Numbered from the stretch's first letter, positions 39,865 through 54,981 are shown. The stretch is DNA of 64,000 nucleotides from Octopus vulgaris (GCA_951406725.2 OX597832.1:32488001-32552000); one strand, 5' to 3'. Made by a program: numbers and translations. The notes: a model not told the origin generated them from the letters alone.

Positions 39865-40564
39865 GAAGAGGTACAAAGAAATTAAGAAAAAGAGAGATTT
39901 TATTGTGATGCGGATGAATATCCATGGGAAATATTAAAATATAAAAAAGAACTCCCGCAAAGGAAAAAAAGTTATAAAAGTGAAAATACAATTAAAATAA
40001 AATAAAATAAAATGAAAAAAATTGGTGAAACAAATTCTATTGAATACTGGCTTTTGTGTTGAAAAAAAAAAATGGAAGGAAAAATACAAAGTAGTTTCCA
40101 GCAGAAACAGCAGGTTGTCAAAGTTGAATTGAAATAAGATTTTTTTAAGCTGCAGGCATATAATATTGAAAATCTCAATCGGGTTAAATCGAACGGTGTT
40201 TTGACTACGAACAATGTAGCGAAGGTACTGGAGTACAGGAGACTTTTGAGAGACTCTGTTCCATGCAGGAGGGCTGAATTCTGAAAATAGTCTAGACGAT
40301 TTGTTTTCGTATATATATAACATATATGACTATAAGCAGGCAGGTGAGAAAATCGAGGAATAATTTATTGGTTTCGGAAGATGAATAGGAACAAGTAAAT
40401 TATAATTAAAAATTATGTGAAGTAGTTTTGATCACGATTCGATCTAAGAAAGTATATTTTTTGAATAGTACTGCCTCTCTCTGGGCCAATTCATGTACGC
40501 AACAACGGACACAGAATATTTCCTTACAGCACCGATAAGATTTTCCCAACGTTAATCGAATACA

Positions 40565-40880
40565 AGGCGCTGGAAGTGCTGTGTGGTTAAGAGCAACGCT
40601 TTGCAACCATGTTTCCAGTTCAGTTCCAATGTGCAGCACCTCGAGCAAGAGTCTTACACTATAGCCCCGAGCCTACGAATCTTACAATCGGATTTGGTAG
40701 GTAGAAATTGTATAAACCAGTCATTATAATTTGTATGTTTGTGTTGGTGAGCGCGCGTGAGCGTAAATAAGTGTGTATGGACGAATGCGTTTATGTTTCT
40801 TTATGTAAGCCTCCCTAACGATTCGGCAAAGTAGACGGATAAAGTGCGTACCGGTTTTAACAAATAGAGGGCTGGAGACT
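40565..40880 (+). mobile_element. S3 SINE copy
   Basis: aggcgctggaagtgctgtgtggttaagagcaacgctttgcaacca...gttcagttccaatgtgcagcacctcgagcaagagtctt...gatttggtaggtagaaattg...cgattcggcaaag. Confidence 0.75.
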
Positions 40881-41777
40881 CTGGTTGGAGGTTGAAGATT
40901 GAAACAAGTAAAAGTTGAAAGTAGAAGAAACTTACCGATTCAACATAATGATTGATTGTTAGACATGATTGAAAAAACGTTATTCAAGTAGAAATGTGGG
41001 AGCCGACCATGCTGGGGCACACTCAATGTTTGTCATTAGGAAAGCATTGACAGCGCCAGGATTAAATAACGAATAGTGAACCAGATTATTGCGAAATCAA
41101 TTAATCAGTTGTGAAATTACTAAGATAGCTTTATAAACCACAAAAATGCAAGGTTCTCGTCAAGGCCTCGATCTGCTAAAACGCAAGGTTGTTCTGTCAT
41201 GTTTACCTGGGTTTAAACAACGATACCAAATATGATCATGGTAATATCCTATAATTCCTTTAATACGTGGTCTGACTCATGATCCACAATATGACCAAAT
41301 ATAGAAGAGAGAGAAAAAGAAATGGCCATATGGGATTGCGTCGGTTTCGACCAAAATCATTCTACCGTTCAATCGATTGTATTAATTGTTTATTGATTAA
41401 GTGAGTGGCCCGGAATTCCTCAGAAATATCGACCCTTAACCTAAGAGTTATGCAAATTCAGCGCCACACTATGTATGAGCCAAGGATCTACATGTTCAAC
41501 AGGTTTCATCATCGTTTCCTTTTTTTTAATTTCTTTTATGATGGTGAGCAGAATCCGAAACAATGCACCAATAGGGAAATAACAAAGCTAGCACGGAGTG
41601 AGATCGAATGCGGAGCTGATTGGAAGCTGAACGTCTAAAACACGGCGGTATACTACATTCACGAAATGTGGCAACATGCAGTAGCAGCAGCGGTAGTGGT
41701 AGTATTAGTAGCAGCAACAGGAGTAGTAATAGTAGTAGTAAAAATAGTAGTACTATTAGTAGCAGCAGTAGGAATAT

Positions 41778-41811
<34 letters not shown>

Positions 41812-41818
41812 GGTTGTA

Positions 41819-41899
<81 letters not shown>

Positions 41900-42229
41900 A
41901 TCGGTGTGATGATGTGGTGATGTCGGTTTTGTTGTTGTTGGTGGTGGTGGTAGGGATGCTGGCGATAAGTTCCATCTTGCTAACTAAACTGCATGTGTGT
42001 GTATTGAGCTCCAATCAAAATGTCGGCACCTTTAATAATATCCTCCCAGATGGTGAGGTAACTGTCAGGTGAATCACAGTTACCCTTCTGGTTTTTTCTA
42101 CCATGCAGATATTGTACAAGCCTGCGTTGATATATGTCCGGTGAATTCAGTTATGCCCTAGTGTTGCCTTATTCTAGGGTCAAGTCTACCATATCAAAAC
42201 GCAGTGTTGCAATAAATTCTTGCTAGAAT

Positions 42230-42268
<39 letters not shown>

Positions 42269-42493
42269 TACATGTATACATACACTCACAAAGAAAAAAA
42301 TATATATATATAAAGTTTACCCATCAGTAAACATTTATATAATATGCAAATACATGTAGACGCGTGTCTGTGTGTATATAGCATTAATAGACTTAAAAAT
42401 CTGAGTGTGTACACACACACATATATCTGTATATAAACACATATATACATTAATTTATATGTACATGCATGCATATATATACATATATATATA

Positions 42494-42548
<55 letters not shown>

Positions 42549-44629
42549 ATCTGAACAAATGCAGTAAATCATAACCATTCATATGATATGCAGACATAAC
42601 AAATATAAATTTATTTTGACTGTTTTGAAACATTTTCTTGGAATCTTATCTCAAGAACGCCCACTTCTCTCAATAAATAATTGTTCTGTGTGACTTGAAT
42701 CTTTGTTATTCTATAATTATTAATCATTAATCGATTAACTTTAATTAATGATAAGATCAAACTGCAATATCACTGAATTGTCGACATTCGTCTGGAAAGA
42801 AATAAATGATATTCTTTTGTCAATCGTCACGGCTAGCACCATCGCCACCACCACCGCTATCGTCTTCATCATCATCATCATCATCATCATCATCGTCGTT
42901 GTGTTCGTCATCATCATCATCATCGATATGATCATCGTCACCATCTTCATCATCATCACCATACTCATAATTTACATTATCGTTAATAACCACATGAATA
43001 TGAAATATCGTTTCCATCATGGTCGCCATCTTCTTCATCAACGTCATCTTTGTTTTCAGCAGAATTCACCTTCATCAACACAAATATCGTCGTCATCGCT
43101 GAAATCATCAGCCGTCATAATCAACTATTCTCATCATTATCAAGATATCAACATTGCACACGTCGTTATCGTCGCCGTTATCTTCTTCATCATCATCATC
43201 AAAACCACCGTAATGAATCTCTCCCCATCATTGTTTTTCCCCAAGAACACTGTTACTAACTTCTCCACTTTCTTCTTCCTCAAAGTGCATCGTTATCTCC
43301 ATCAGCAGAATTGACTTCCGCTATATTAAATCTCATCGTTGCTTCCCTAAATATCTGCGAATCTAGAAGTGACCATCACCACATATGGTTCTACTAGAAC
43401 CAGCTTGAACTGGGAATTACTAGTCCTCTGCATCTCCTGTTAAACAGTGAATCATGGCAAATGCCTTAAGTTTTATCTACGTAGAAAGTGTTTATTGTCC
43501 GTTTTATGTTCCTGTATTATTTGTCTTTCATTTGTGATTCTCCACCACTTTAGTTTTTTTCTTCTTTTTTCCTAAGAAATAATTGATAAATCCGTTTTCT
43601 GTGTATTGCAGTAAATGTTTATTACATGTGATTGCTCTTGCGCTCCTCGAAATAGAGTGAGTTCCGTTGTTATTTCTGATTACCAAGCTAAACACTACGA
43701 AGTATTGCAGTTTGCTGTTTGTTTCCTGGCTAACATTGGAAAGAAAAGTTTCCCAGTTATCTCTCTTTTTTCTATTTGCTCATTTTCTTCTATCTTCTGT
43801 TTATCCCAGTGCATTTGAGGTTGACCTTGGAATTTAACAATTTTCCTATTTCTAATAGCAAATGACGTAGTATTTCATTGCTACGTCACATTGCGGTTTA
43901 TGTTTTTACATCAATATATAATTGCTTCTTCTTGAAGTCCTTTCTGCAAAGTTAATGTTGGCGTTTGCTGTACTCATGACATTTATAAGTCTTCACTCCG
44001 CTTCGTGTTAGAACTACGCCCATCACTTACTTTGATTGCGAAAGTTGTTTCACGTGTATCTGTTGAAGAATAATTGGGACGTTGTTATAATTTGTAAAAC
44101 GTCTGAGAAAAACTGGCGGCGTGGTTGCCCACGAGTAACTACTTCGGCAGCAGGAGGTACGCCTGCGCTTGTAGTTATCCATGCTGTTTAGAACGAGCAT
44201 GGTGAGTTCAATACACTGATTTTTTACTGCACTGATGTTGTCTGGGAGGTGTGTTGCACTTCGAATGTGGGAATTCCTAGTATCTTTTACAAGGTCTGAT
44301 TAGGTAATATATTTAACACACACACAACACATACATGCATACATAACACATACATACATACATACATACATACATACATACATACATACATACATACTTA
44401 CATACATATATAGAATACCTACACAGATATTCAAGTATGGAAATTCTACAAGATTACCGTGTACTATTAATATGCTTTTTTTTACTATTCCGTGACTGCA
44501 ATCAAATGAGGTCAACTTCTGTTAAGCATGTTGATGCGTGAACATGCGCGAAGGATTTTCGAAAGTATGACTGTTCGTTAACGGTATGTTATCTCAGGAA
44601 AAAATCTTGATACCAGAGATTACATGTTT

Positions 44630-44798
44630 TTTTTTTCCATGCCTACAAATTCCATCTGACACTTCTACATGTTTCCATAGAATTCTCCCCCACAAATATC
44701 ACTCGTGACACTTTACGTCACTGCCATGCAACGAGATGGAATCACAAGCGACGTAATTCCGATGCCTCTTCTGAACATCACAACCATGCCTGCGTCTG
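44630..44798 (-). mobile_element. Degraded S3-like SINE head
   Basis: Reverse complement begins agacgcaggcatggttgtgatgttcagaagagg...gttgcatggcagtgacgtaaagtgtc. Confidence 0.45.
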
Positions 44799-45115
44799 CG
44801 AGAGAATTATTGAGAAATTGAAGACAACTTTAAGAAACAAGATCGTCATTGATTTTTGTCGCTTAAATAATGGTTTTGCGATAAAAATCATTCATTAGAA
44901 TTTCCTATCACCAGAATTTCTATCAAAACTTCAAATCTTGAACTAATAATCACGTCACAAATGAACAAATCTTTACTGGCCGTACATACGAGTGTCAAAT
45001 ATTACAGCTGATAAAAATGTATTATTTGAGTGAGCACTATGTGAGGAATGTTTATTATATAATGGGTCATATTCGTAAAATTGTGTACACTGCTAACAAT
45101 ATTCACTGCTGCTAA

Positions 45116-45318
45116 GGGTGAACGTTGGCAGAATCGTTATCACACCGGGAGAAGATATCGTTCTGAGTTCAAATTCCGCCGAAGTCGACTTTGTTTTTAA
45201 TCATTTCGCGGATCGATAAGCTAAGTACCAGCTGAACACTGGGGTCAATTTAATCGAATAACCTACACCCCCACCTCACACCTGAACTCACTGAACTTAA
45301 GTGAAAATTAGAAACCAA
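45116..45318 (+). mobile_element. S1 SINE copy (internally deleted)
   Basis: ttggcagaatcgttatcacaccggga...gttctgagttcaaattccgccgaagtcgactttg...taagtaccagctgaacactggggtcaatttaatcga. Confidence 0.82.
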
Positions 45319-45869
45319 TAAGCACATTGATGCTGAAAGAGGAAATAAAGCTTAGATTTGAACCGAAAGTCTATCGGTACAAATGTAAATTTAATTCAAT
45401 AATAGACGAAACCAATATTTAGAACAATTCACCTTCGTAATGTACTGAGGGACTGATTAAATGAAAACTCAAAAATGGAGGAACACAAATATAGGAAGAT
45501 ATACAATTAGCAAAGGTAAAAAGGTCCAAAGGAATTTTGATAGAACAGGTTTGCAAATTGGTAAACTGAGAAAACTAAGGTTTCATTGAAAAATTTGTTA
45601 AAAGGAGAAAAGGTAAAGAAAATGATGAAAACAAGAAGGGACATTTTTGAGGAAATGCTATAATTATATAGAGAAAAAAGAAAAGAAATATGAAAATTAG
45701 CATCCAGTCAGGTGTTCAGAATTAATAGAAGCATATTGGCGTGTGGTTTTTGAAGTGTGGAGCGGGTAGATACCTATGTGTGTATGTATATATGTGTACG
45801 TATATACACATATATACATATATATATGTATGTATATGCATCTCTATCTTTCTAATTGTGTTTACATAC

Positions 45870-45952
<83 letters not shown>

Positions 45953-45953
45953 G

Positions 45954-45992
<39 letters not shown>

Positions 45993-46144
45993 TGTATGTA
46001 TAAATATATATATACATATGTATAGTATGTACATGCGCCTGTATTTGTCAATATATCCATGTAATTCTATATATAGATGTGTGTATACATGTAATAAATA
46101 TAACATAATATAGCATAGATATATATATGTTATGTGATATTTAT

Positions 46145-46227
<83 letters not shown>

Positions 46228-47049
46228 AAAGGTTAAACGGAAGCGCTCACACATTAGAAAAACTTAAACCATTTCATAACATTTTTAACTCCCCTATACA
46301 CTTCAAAAACTGTATTAAGTAATCCTTATAGACTTTCAAATACACACACACACGCAAATATTTTAAAGGATTTTGCAAATTGAAGGTTTTACCACTAAGC
46401 ATACCAACATGTTGCATCGAAGAAAATTCAGGAATCTAACATTTTAATATTTAACGAACCTAACGCAAATACTGTCAATATGAAATCAAAGACCATTCGT
46501 TTGACATAGATTTTTTTTTATCCTCAACTGAATATTAAATTATTCGAAAACTGTGATTCAATGACATGAATAAAAGCAGCAAAACACCGAAAGTGTCAAA
46601 TATAATATTTGGACCAATGAACTTTAGCTGATGCAGAGCATGGTAAGAATAGGTGCGTATACAGCTACAGTAGCGATTTGCCGAATCGTTCAGTTACAAA
46701 CACTTTTCTAATTACTGATTTTTTCAAAACTATTTATGTTCAATTTGGTCAACACATTCTCTATTAAACACGTATTAGATATATTCCAATATTGAAATGA
46801 AATACAGGTGCATGGACATAAGTTTAAATTTGTGCAGTTCATAATACGTTGCGAAGAATCACCCTGAAAACTCGGACAAAACACTATTCATATAGTAATG
46901 AATGCACATACGAACTAAAAGAGAATAAATTCTCAGAACAGGTGCATCCTCCAACACTACTGTACACATGTATGTATGTATATATATATATATATACGCT
47001 CATATTAAGAATTTTTTGTGGGCATTGTGTTTGTAAGTAAGAGTAAGAT

Positions 47050-47500
47050 ACCTTTTAGAATGTCGCCTGAAGACCAATCTCGCTGAGGGCGACTGTCTAC
47101 CTCCCGAACGAATGCAAACCTCATGAAAATCTATGAATTATCTTGGAGGACCGTCAGCGAAAAGTTGATGAAGATGTTGGCTGGTGTGTCCTGAAGACCT
47201 GCCAATGAATTTTGAGAGCTGAATTGCGAATGAAAGGAGTTGCAACAAAATTTATGACTCGCCTGCCCACGGACGATCGAAAATAAACAAGACTGAATGC
47301 ATGTCGTGAACTGAAAGAACAGCAGGAAATTAATCCGGGCATTATTTAGAAGGTCATCACTGGTGAGGAAAGATGGTGCTACGGAATTTGCAGATGTGGT
47401 AGACATGAAGAAAAAAATAAGGGAGGCTCTAAATGACAAACATGCTTGGGCCGGTAGATTGTTTCAAATGGAGAATACACATTGAAGGGGATAAAAGTTT
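47050..47500 (+). mobile_element. Internally deleted mariner transposase remnant
   Basis: ELRMKGVATKFMTRLPTDDRK*TRLNACRELKEQQEINPGII*KVITGEERWCYG (linker and first catalytic D region), then FADVVDMKKKIREAL and an EGD C-terminal piece. Confidence 0.8.
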
Positions 47501-47555
47501 AAATACCTAAAACTACGTGGATAAAATAATATTGCAAAATTCTACAATATATATG

Positions 47556-47985
47556 CAAGTTGTCGTCGAATTACGACCAAAATTGGTTTCGACTGACTGG
47601 TTTAGGTCGGCCTGTAGGGCTACACAGCTTTGTTATATATTTTTACATTTTAAGGGAAATTCTCCGCTAAAATACACACTCAGTATTCTGCATTATACTA
47701 TTATATTGGCATTAACAAAATATTTCGGAGTCTCAAGCAGACATTTCTCTAAACAAATACGAGGTTGTATGGATATCTTCGCGCCAGGTTAGTCATCGAA
47801 CAGAGAGAACATCGATAACCGTATCTAGGGAAATCGTTTGTTAGCTGACATCATTCCTAGACGGGTTAAATGAAAGCCATTAGATTTCAACTGGACTAAT
47901 TAATAAGGCTCCCGAGACTGTCACTTCAATCGTCGTAAAGTTGATCGGTCGTAAATTGGATAGGTCGTAAGTCGACGACGACCTG
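47556..47985. mobile_element. pogo/Tigger-like MITE with ~23-bp TIRs
   Basis: Left caagttgtcgtcgaattacgacc versus right (reverse complement) caggtcgtcgtcgacttacgacc; three subterminal gtcgtaa motifs at the right end. Confidence 0.7.
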
Positions 47986-48044
47986 TTTACATACACACAC
48001 ACATATATATATATATATGTATATATGCGTGTGTATATACATAC

Positions 48045-48121
<77 letters not shown>

Positions 48122-48150
48122 TATACATATATATATATAGATATATATAT

Positions 48151-48187
48151 AATCAAAATAAGCAACAATGATATCCAGGGGTAATGC

Positions 48188-48283
<96 letters not shown>

Positions 48284-48380
48284 GGGTGTATCTATATATA
48301 TATACATATATATACATATATATATATATATAGATATATATATAATCAAAATAAGCAACAATGATATCCAGGGGTAATGC
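48151..48380. repeat. Identical 37-bp direct repeat embedded in (TA)n, 193-bp spacing
   Basis: aatcaaaataagcaacaatgatatccaggggtaatgc at 48151-48187 and 48344-48380. Confidence 0.92.
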
Positions 48381-48413
<33 letters not shown>

Positions 48414-48601
48414 TATGTATATATATATATTTATGTATATATATATATACATGAATATAGAAAATGATGTGTTGTAACACTATTCCACATATACAAAAAC
48501 AGCCATACCAATAATCTGACATGCCTCCATCAACCGCTACCCCAAAGATATCGTTATGTTTTGCAACCACACACATACATATACACACACACATGCACAT
48601 A

Positions 48602-49407
48602 CGTTGTCTGATGAATAAGTATCCGAACTTTTGCCATAATAACGAAGCTAAAGCACGCAGAGTAAGCCTTTTTTCAACGAATGACCTTCAACTCTGCTAT
48701 GAATGCGCACTTTTTTGACGTCGTAGCTCACTTCCGCTGTTCACAGCGGTGCCTGGAAGGAAGTTTTGTAGCGTGTGATTGTCGCATTGGACATGACAGA
48801 AAAAGTTCTTATTGCTATACGTGATCAGAGGCCTACGCAAATTTGCAAAAAATCTATGCAGACGGGCGGAAGTGTATGAGCGCTTCAGACGTTTCCATGA
48901 TGGCCGAAAAACATCAATATTGACGAATGTTCTGGGAGAACCGCAATCGAATAACCATCCGTGAGTTATCAGAGGATATGCAAATTAGTAACGGTTCAGT
49001 TCAGTTCATTATCAATCAAAATGTGAGTATAGGACGGAGTCAGCCAAGTCTGCGCCAAAACTGCTTTCAGCTGAGGAAAAGATACTCGGGTTTCAATTAC
49101 GCAAGATTTCCTTGACTGTGTCGAGAATGATGAAAGATGTATGGATGTTTTGCGTAGGCCACTGGGCATGCATCGCAAAATTTGATGCATATCCTCTCCT
49201 CAAGTTTCTCTGTCATGGTCAATGCGATGATCACACGCCAGACACCTTCCTTCCAAGCACTGCTAGAAACAGGAGTGAGCTAAAACATTAAAACTTTGTG
49301 CGCATACACGGCAGCGTTTAAAGTCAATATACGGCAACCGCCTTCACTGTGCATGCTATAGCTTCGTTACTATGGTAACAGTCCGGATACTTATTGAGCA
49401 GAGCACG
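48602..49407 (+). mobile_element. mariner-derived non-autonomous element with ~240-bp inverted arms
   Basis: Left cgttgtctgatgaataagtatccgaac...gcattggacatgacagaaaaagtt matches reverse complement of 49202-49407; interior encodes RAEVYERFRRFHDGRK and ITIRELSEDMQISNGSVQFII; right arm encodes MTEKLEERICIKFC on the minus strand. Confidence 0.85.
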
Positions 49408-49552
49408 CAAATATATAGTAGAAGAGAAAATAGAAGATTTGTAGAGAATACGTCTATATATTCATGTGTTCGGAAGTTAAATACACAGCGTCAAACAGGC
49501 ACATACACTCATACAGATTGTGCGTATATATAAATACATATATATATGCATG

Positions 49553-49584
<32 letters not shown>

Positions 49585-49661
49585 TACACACACATACATA
49601 CATACTTATATACGTTTATACTTATATATATATGCATACGTACATTCATACAAACACACAT

Positions 49662-49829
<168 letters not shown>

Positions 49830-50726
49830 CAGGAGAATTGTTAATATTTAGATTTGTTGAAGGTTGGACGGTTGTAGAAGAAATGACGGCATGAAGGCAA
49901 AGCCCAGCAGCGCTGCATGTCTTTACGCCAATGCAGTTGGGTAAAGCAACGCGATGCAAGCATTATCAAGATGAAGTGTTTGTGAAGTGAAGCAAATAAT
50001 ATTTATGCGATAAACCCTTCAGAACCCGGTGTCTTTATAAATCCGTATGGGACCACGCGTACACACACGCGCAGGGACGCACGCACGCACCTCACCACAC
50101 GTACTGTCTTCCATCTACTCACTTATCAATACACCTACATACATATGTATGTATGTATGTATATATAATAATAATGATGTATATATGTATATATATATAT
50201 AAATACATACATACATATATATATATAATTTTATATTATATTATATTATATATATATAATACAATATTATATATATTATATACATATATGTATATATATG
50301 TATATATATTATATATATATAGGTATATATATTATATATATATGTATATATGTATATATACACACATACACACACAAACGTACATGCTTACGTACATACT
50401 TTCAACTATATATTGATATTTTATGGATGGTTAGAGAAAGACGCGCTGAAACACGCACGCGCGGATACACTTTCGCGCAACCACTCGCACACGCTCAACT
50501 AGACATAACGCACATGTGTACCTGTGGTTGTGTATGAATTTGTGTACCTGTGGTTGTGTAAGTGTTAGAGATGAACAGAAGTTGTCAGGCGTTGAAAATT
50601 TTCAGCAAATTCCTCTTTGGATGAACGAATATCATCTCTTTCTCTTTGTCTCATCAGCGTGGGGTTCATAGAACAACTTACTTAGACCGTATTTTACAAT
50701 TCCACTTTTTATTCTTCTCCTCCTCC

Positions 50727-50835
50727 TTCTTCTTCTTCTTCTTCTTCTTCTTCTTCTTCTTCTTCTTCTTCTTCTTCTTCTTCTTCTTCTTCTTCTTCTT
50801 CTTCTTCTTCTTCTTCTTCTTCTTCTTCTTCTTCT
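50727..50835. repeat. (TTC)n microsatellite
   Basis: Direct reading. Confidence 0.95.
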
Positions 50836-50982
50836 TTCTCTTCCTCTTTCTCCTCATGGTCCTCCTCCTTCACATCCGCCTCCTTCTTCTACTCCTCTAT
50901 ATTTCCTCCATCTTTTTATGCTGCTGCTGCGATTTCATCTTCATTGTTCTCATCATCATCATCATTGCCGTTGTCTTCACCG

Positions 50983-51092
<110 letters not shown>

Positions 51093-51104
51093 ATTATTAT
51101 TATT

Positions 51105-52500
51105 TGGGACAATGTGACGAACCGGTTAAGGAGTTTTACCCAGATATGGGCAGATAGGAAGCTGTCCCTAAAAAGTAGGGCAGAGGTAACGAACGCCTAC
51201 GTCGCCTTCGTCATCATGTATCCCTTGACCGTCATCCCCTGCCCCGGTTACTGCATGGCCATGTTGGATCATCTTTTAATTAATGTCTTGTGAGATGGGC
51301 ACGCTGCAATGGTCAGGCGGACTGTTTTTTCTCAGTACCCACTGAGTAGCAGCTTGGGCATGCCATGACTTCTCATGCGTTGACACGCGCTCTGGTGGCG
51401 GGATCTGCAAGGATTTCTGGTCGGTGAACTAATGTGAACTTCGCTTAAGAGGCACGTCTTTCCATAACTTGTCTCCTTCATGGATGTGCATTCACGGTGA
51501 GGAAAAACAAAGACTGGACGCCAGGCACTTAGAATATTGTCAGGAACTCACAGCCCTCAACCAATCGCGTGATGGGATCGATGTTGCACATCACCAACAT
51601 ATGGAGTGTTAACCGCGGGGGAATTTCGACAACGTTTGCGGAGGAAACTGGGCGTCGACGACAACGAACTGTTCCGGAGGACTTTTCTTGTTGGGATAAT
51701 TTATAGATGTCTTTAATTTGGCAGTTGTACCAAGGAGTGCTACTAGTTCGAGATAAACTCTATAGACACTGATGTCCAGTCAGACGGGTTTGTATGAGTT
51801 GCGCGCAGAGCAACGAAACTGTTCTGAACAGACAACTGCAGTGTCCTGGCATTGCTAACTTGTGGATATATATGAAGCAGCTGCTGTTGCAGGGGAAACG
51901 GATATGTCGGTCGGCTGAGGCCATAGTCACGATTGTCCCGTCGCCAATCGGAGATTCAGGGTAGTTCTCTTTTGCCTGGTGGCTGTTGCGAAACACTTTG
52001 ACGGACGAGGTTGAAAAGAATGAGGACAGTGGCAACCCTCTTTGGTGGAGCCCTCACTGACATTTCCAAGTTTCACTTGTAAACGAAAGTGATGGCGAAG
52101 ATGGTGGTGCTGTCCTGGAGTAAATTTATTGAAATATTGGTGAAAGTTGTGAAAATGGCAAGAATGGATATTACGGCACTATGTTATGACCTGTGAGTCG
52201 GAGAACAGAAATCGGGGAGGGCACTGGCCCTTTGTGTTTAGGGAAACCTTGGAGAGTGGTGTTCCTCGATTCTCCTTAGAGGTCGTCCTGTACTAGGAAG
52301 ATTTCCCAATCATACCTCACATTTTTGTCCTTTTTTTTTAGTGTTGTAAAACATGTATTGTCCCTTCTCTGCATTATCCTATACTGTGTATAATTTCTAT
52401 AATTAAATATATACATTTTTTTGATATTTCATTATATGTAAACCTCTCCACTTTATCTCTATCTTTGTATTTCCCCCCACAACCTTCACCCTAGTGCTAA
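51105..52500 (+). mobile_element. Tx1/L1-clade LINE 3' fragment (post-RT region, CCHC finger, 3' UTR)
   Basis: WDNVTNRLRSFTQIWADRKLSLKSRAEVTNAYV..YPLTVIPCP; VRRTVFSQYPLSSSLGMP; WQLYQGVLLVRDKLYRH*..VCMSCAQSNETVLNRQLQCPGIANLW. Confidence 0.85.
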
Positions 52501-52513
52501 GAAAATTATGCTC

Positions 52514-52618
52514 CTTCTTCTTCTTTTTCTTCTTCTTCTTCTTCTTCTTCTTCTTCTTCTTCTTCTTCTTCTTCTTCTTCTTCTTCTTCTTCTTCTTCTT
52601 CTTCTTCTTCTTCTTCTT

Positions 52619-52677
<59 letters not shown>

Positions 52678-52700
52678 CATCATCATCATCATCATCATCA
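52514..52700. repeat. Compound (TTC)n-(ATT)n-(ATC)n microsatellite
   Basis: Direct reading. Confidence 0.95.
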
Positions 52701-53226
52701 TCATCGTCATCGTCACCATCATTATCTGTTATTTCATTTTCCTCCTATCATATCCCAAGGATTACTTTCATTTATCGAAACTCCATTCGCGCTTTCTCGT
52801 CTTCGTGTTCTTCCTCTCACACTTACATCGCTCCATCTCAATCTCCATCCCTCTCTCTCTATCTCTATCTCTCTCTCTCTCTCTCACTCTCTCTCTCTCT
52901 CTCTTTCTCTCCATCCCTCTCCGTCTCTTCAGGTTCTCTTGAATGGCTGTCATTTCAAGTGCCAGTTGTCTGTCTCTTGCGGAGAAACTGTATATTTGTC
53001 CACAAACCTTCACTTTCTGCTTCAGCTCCTGATTATAGAAAGATGGATTTTTCAAAGAATTTCATACACGTTTATTCCGCATCGACCAACCCGCACCCTT
53101 CTTTGGCACCCAACTCCTCCATCAACGCCAACCACTTCCATATACTGCATATGCATCACATCAGCAGTAAAACCTACCTTTAAATTTCCAATTCTATTTC
53201 CCTACTTCCACACAACGCCTAACACA

Positions 53227-53297
<71 letters not shown>

Positions 53298-53467
53298 CCT
53301 CTCGTTCACATACACACACAAACATACACATTCACTTTCACAGTCTCAAACACTGAATCTAAGATTACACATATGTAAACAGACACTCTGTGTCAGAATA
53401 CACACTTCTACACTTTCTCTCAACACTCACTCATTTACTCGCTCTTTCTATTTCACTCTGTCACTCA

Positions 53468-53510
<43 letters not shown>

Positions 53511-54339
53511 ATACACAGGCATATACGTACACGCACATGTGCACACCCCCACATAGGTCGACTAATCTTTGATCCCTCAAACATGCACACTGCTCTCACA
53601 TAAAACCATCCACACTCTCTCTTGCTCTTACGTCCATTTACTCTTTCTATCTCTCCCTATCTACCTATCGCTCTCTTTCCCTCTCTTTCTCTCTCTCCCA
53701 TACAAAAGCACACTCTTACAAACACACATATACATACAAATATATACATACAATAAATGTCTGGTCATCTCTTCTCACAGAAACATACACCCTGACTTAA
53801 GGGATATACACACATCTACGTATAGTCTTACACTTGCACAGTCAACTATACACACTCACACGTGCGCATGCACACACATACACTCTCTCTAACAGACACA
53901 CATACACACACGCTCTTTCATAAACACACACATACACACACAGAAACACACCCAAAGAGACTCGCGCACTCCTACACACTCTTACACACTGATCGAATAT
54001 AATCCATTGTCATACAAACGTCCATCTTTCTTCAGGGACATACAAACACACAATACACACAATACACACATACACACATGCATACACAAACATTCACAAT
54101 ATACATATACAAATACAATATGAATACACCTAAAAAGTATATATATATATATTACATATATATATATACACACACTCACACGCACAATATATATAGACAC
54201 ATAATATACATGTACGGACACGCACACTCTGATTACTATATCGTTCTCGTACATAATTTTACCCTATGATCAAAGGTATACTCGTCCACATATCCTCACG
54301 CAAAAGCGTAAATGCTGGCATGCTTCCTCACACTAACGT

Positions 54340-54670
54340 CAGTAACACACATTTAGGTAACGAAAGGAACAAACTAATTCATTGTATGATGGAGTATTTA
54401 GCTGAGTATTCCACAGACATATTTACCGTTCGCTTAATGCTTGGAAGGAATCAGTTTTATACAGTGTATGCCACGGGTGGACCACGCAACGTATATGGCA
54501 CCTGTATTCTACCCAAAAATCTACACATTCCACTCAAGGTCACTAATGAGGTTTAGTTCAGGCGAATGACACTGTAAAATGCATATCTTGCAGTTGACGT
54601 GCAGTGGTGTCGAAAGCGGGATTCCTTGGTTCCGAAGCGGATTTCTTAACCAATTAGCTATGCATGCATC
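54340..54670 (-). mobile_element. Degraded SINE (S3-like head, tail related to 8438-8600)
   Basis: Head reverse complement gcatagctaattggttaagaaatccgcttcggaacc...; tail gctgagtattccacagaca. Confidence 0.5.
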
Positions 54671-54765
54671 AGTTACTTATATACATAAACAGGCAAACAA
54701 TACCATTGACATTATTGACATCAACACATATGGCAACACAAATGCATCGGACATTATGACACAAG

Positions 54766-54841
<76 letters not shown>

Positions 54842-54906
54842 TGTGTGTATGTATTTATGTATGTGTGTATGCATGTTTGTGAGTATGTATTTATGTATGT
54901 GTGCAT

Positions 54907-54981
<75 letters not shown>

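Noticed and set aside
46640-46867. Tc1/mariner-type right end (gaatcaccctg)
   Set aside because: No matching left TIR found.
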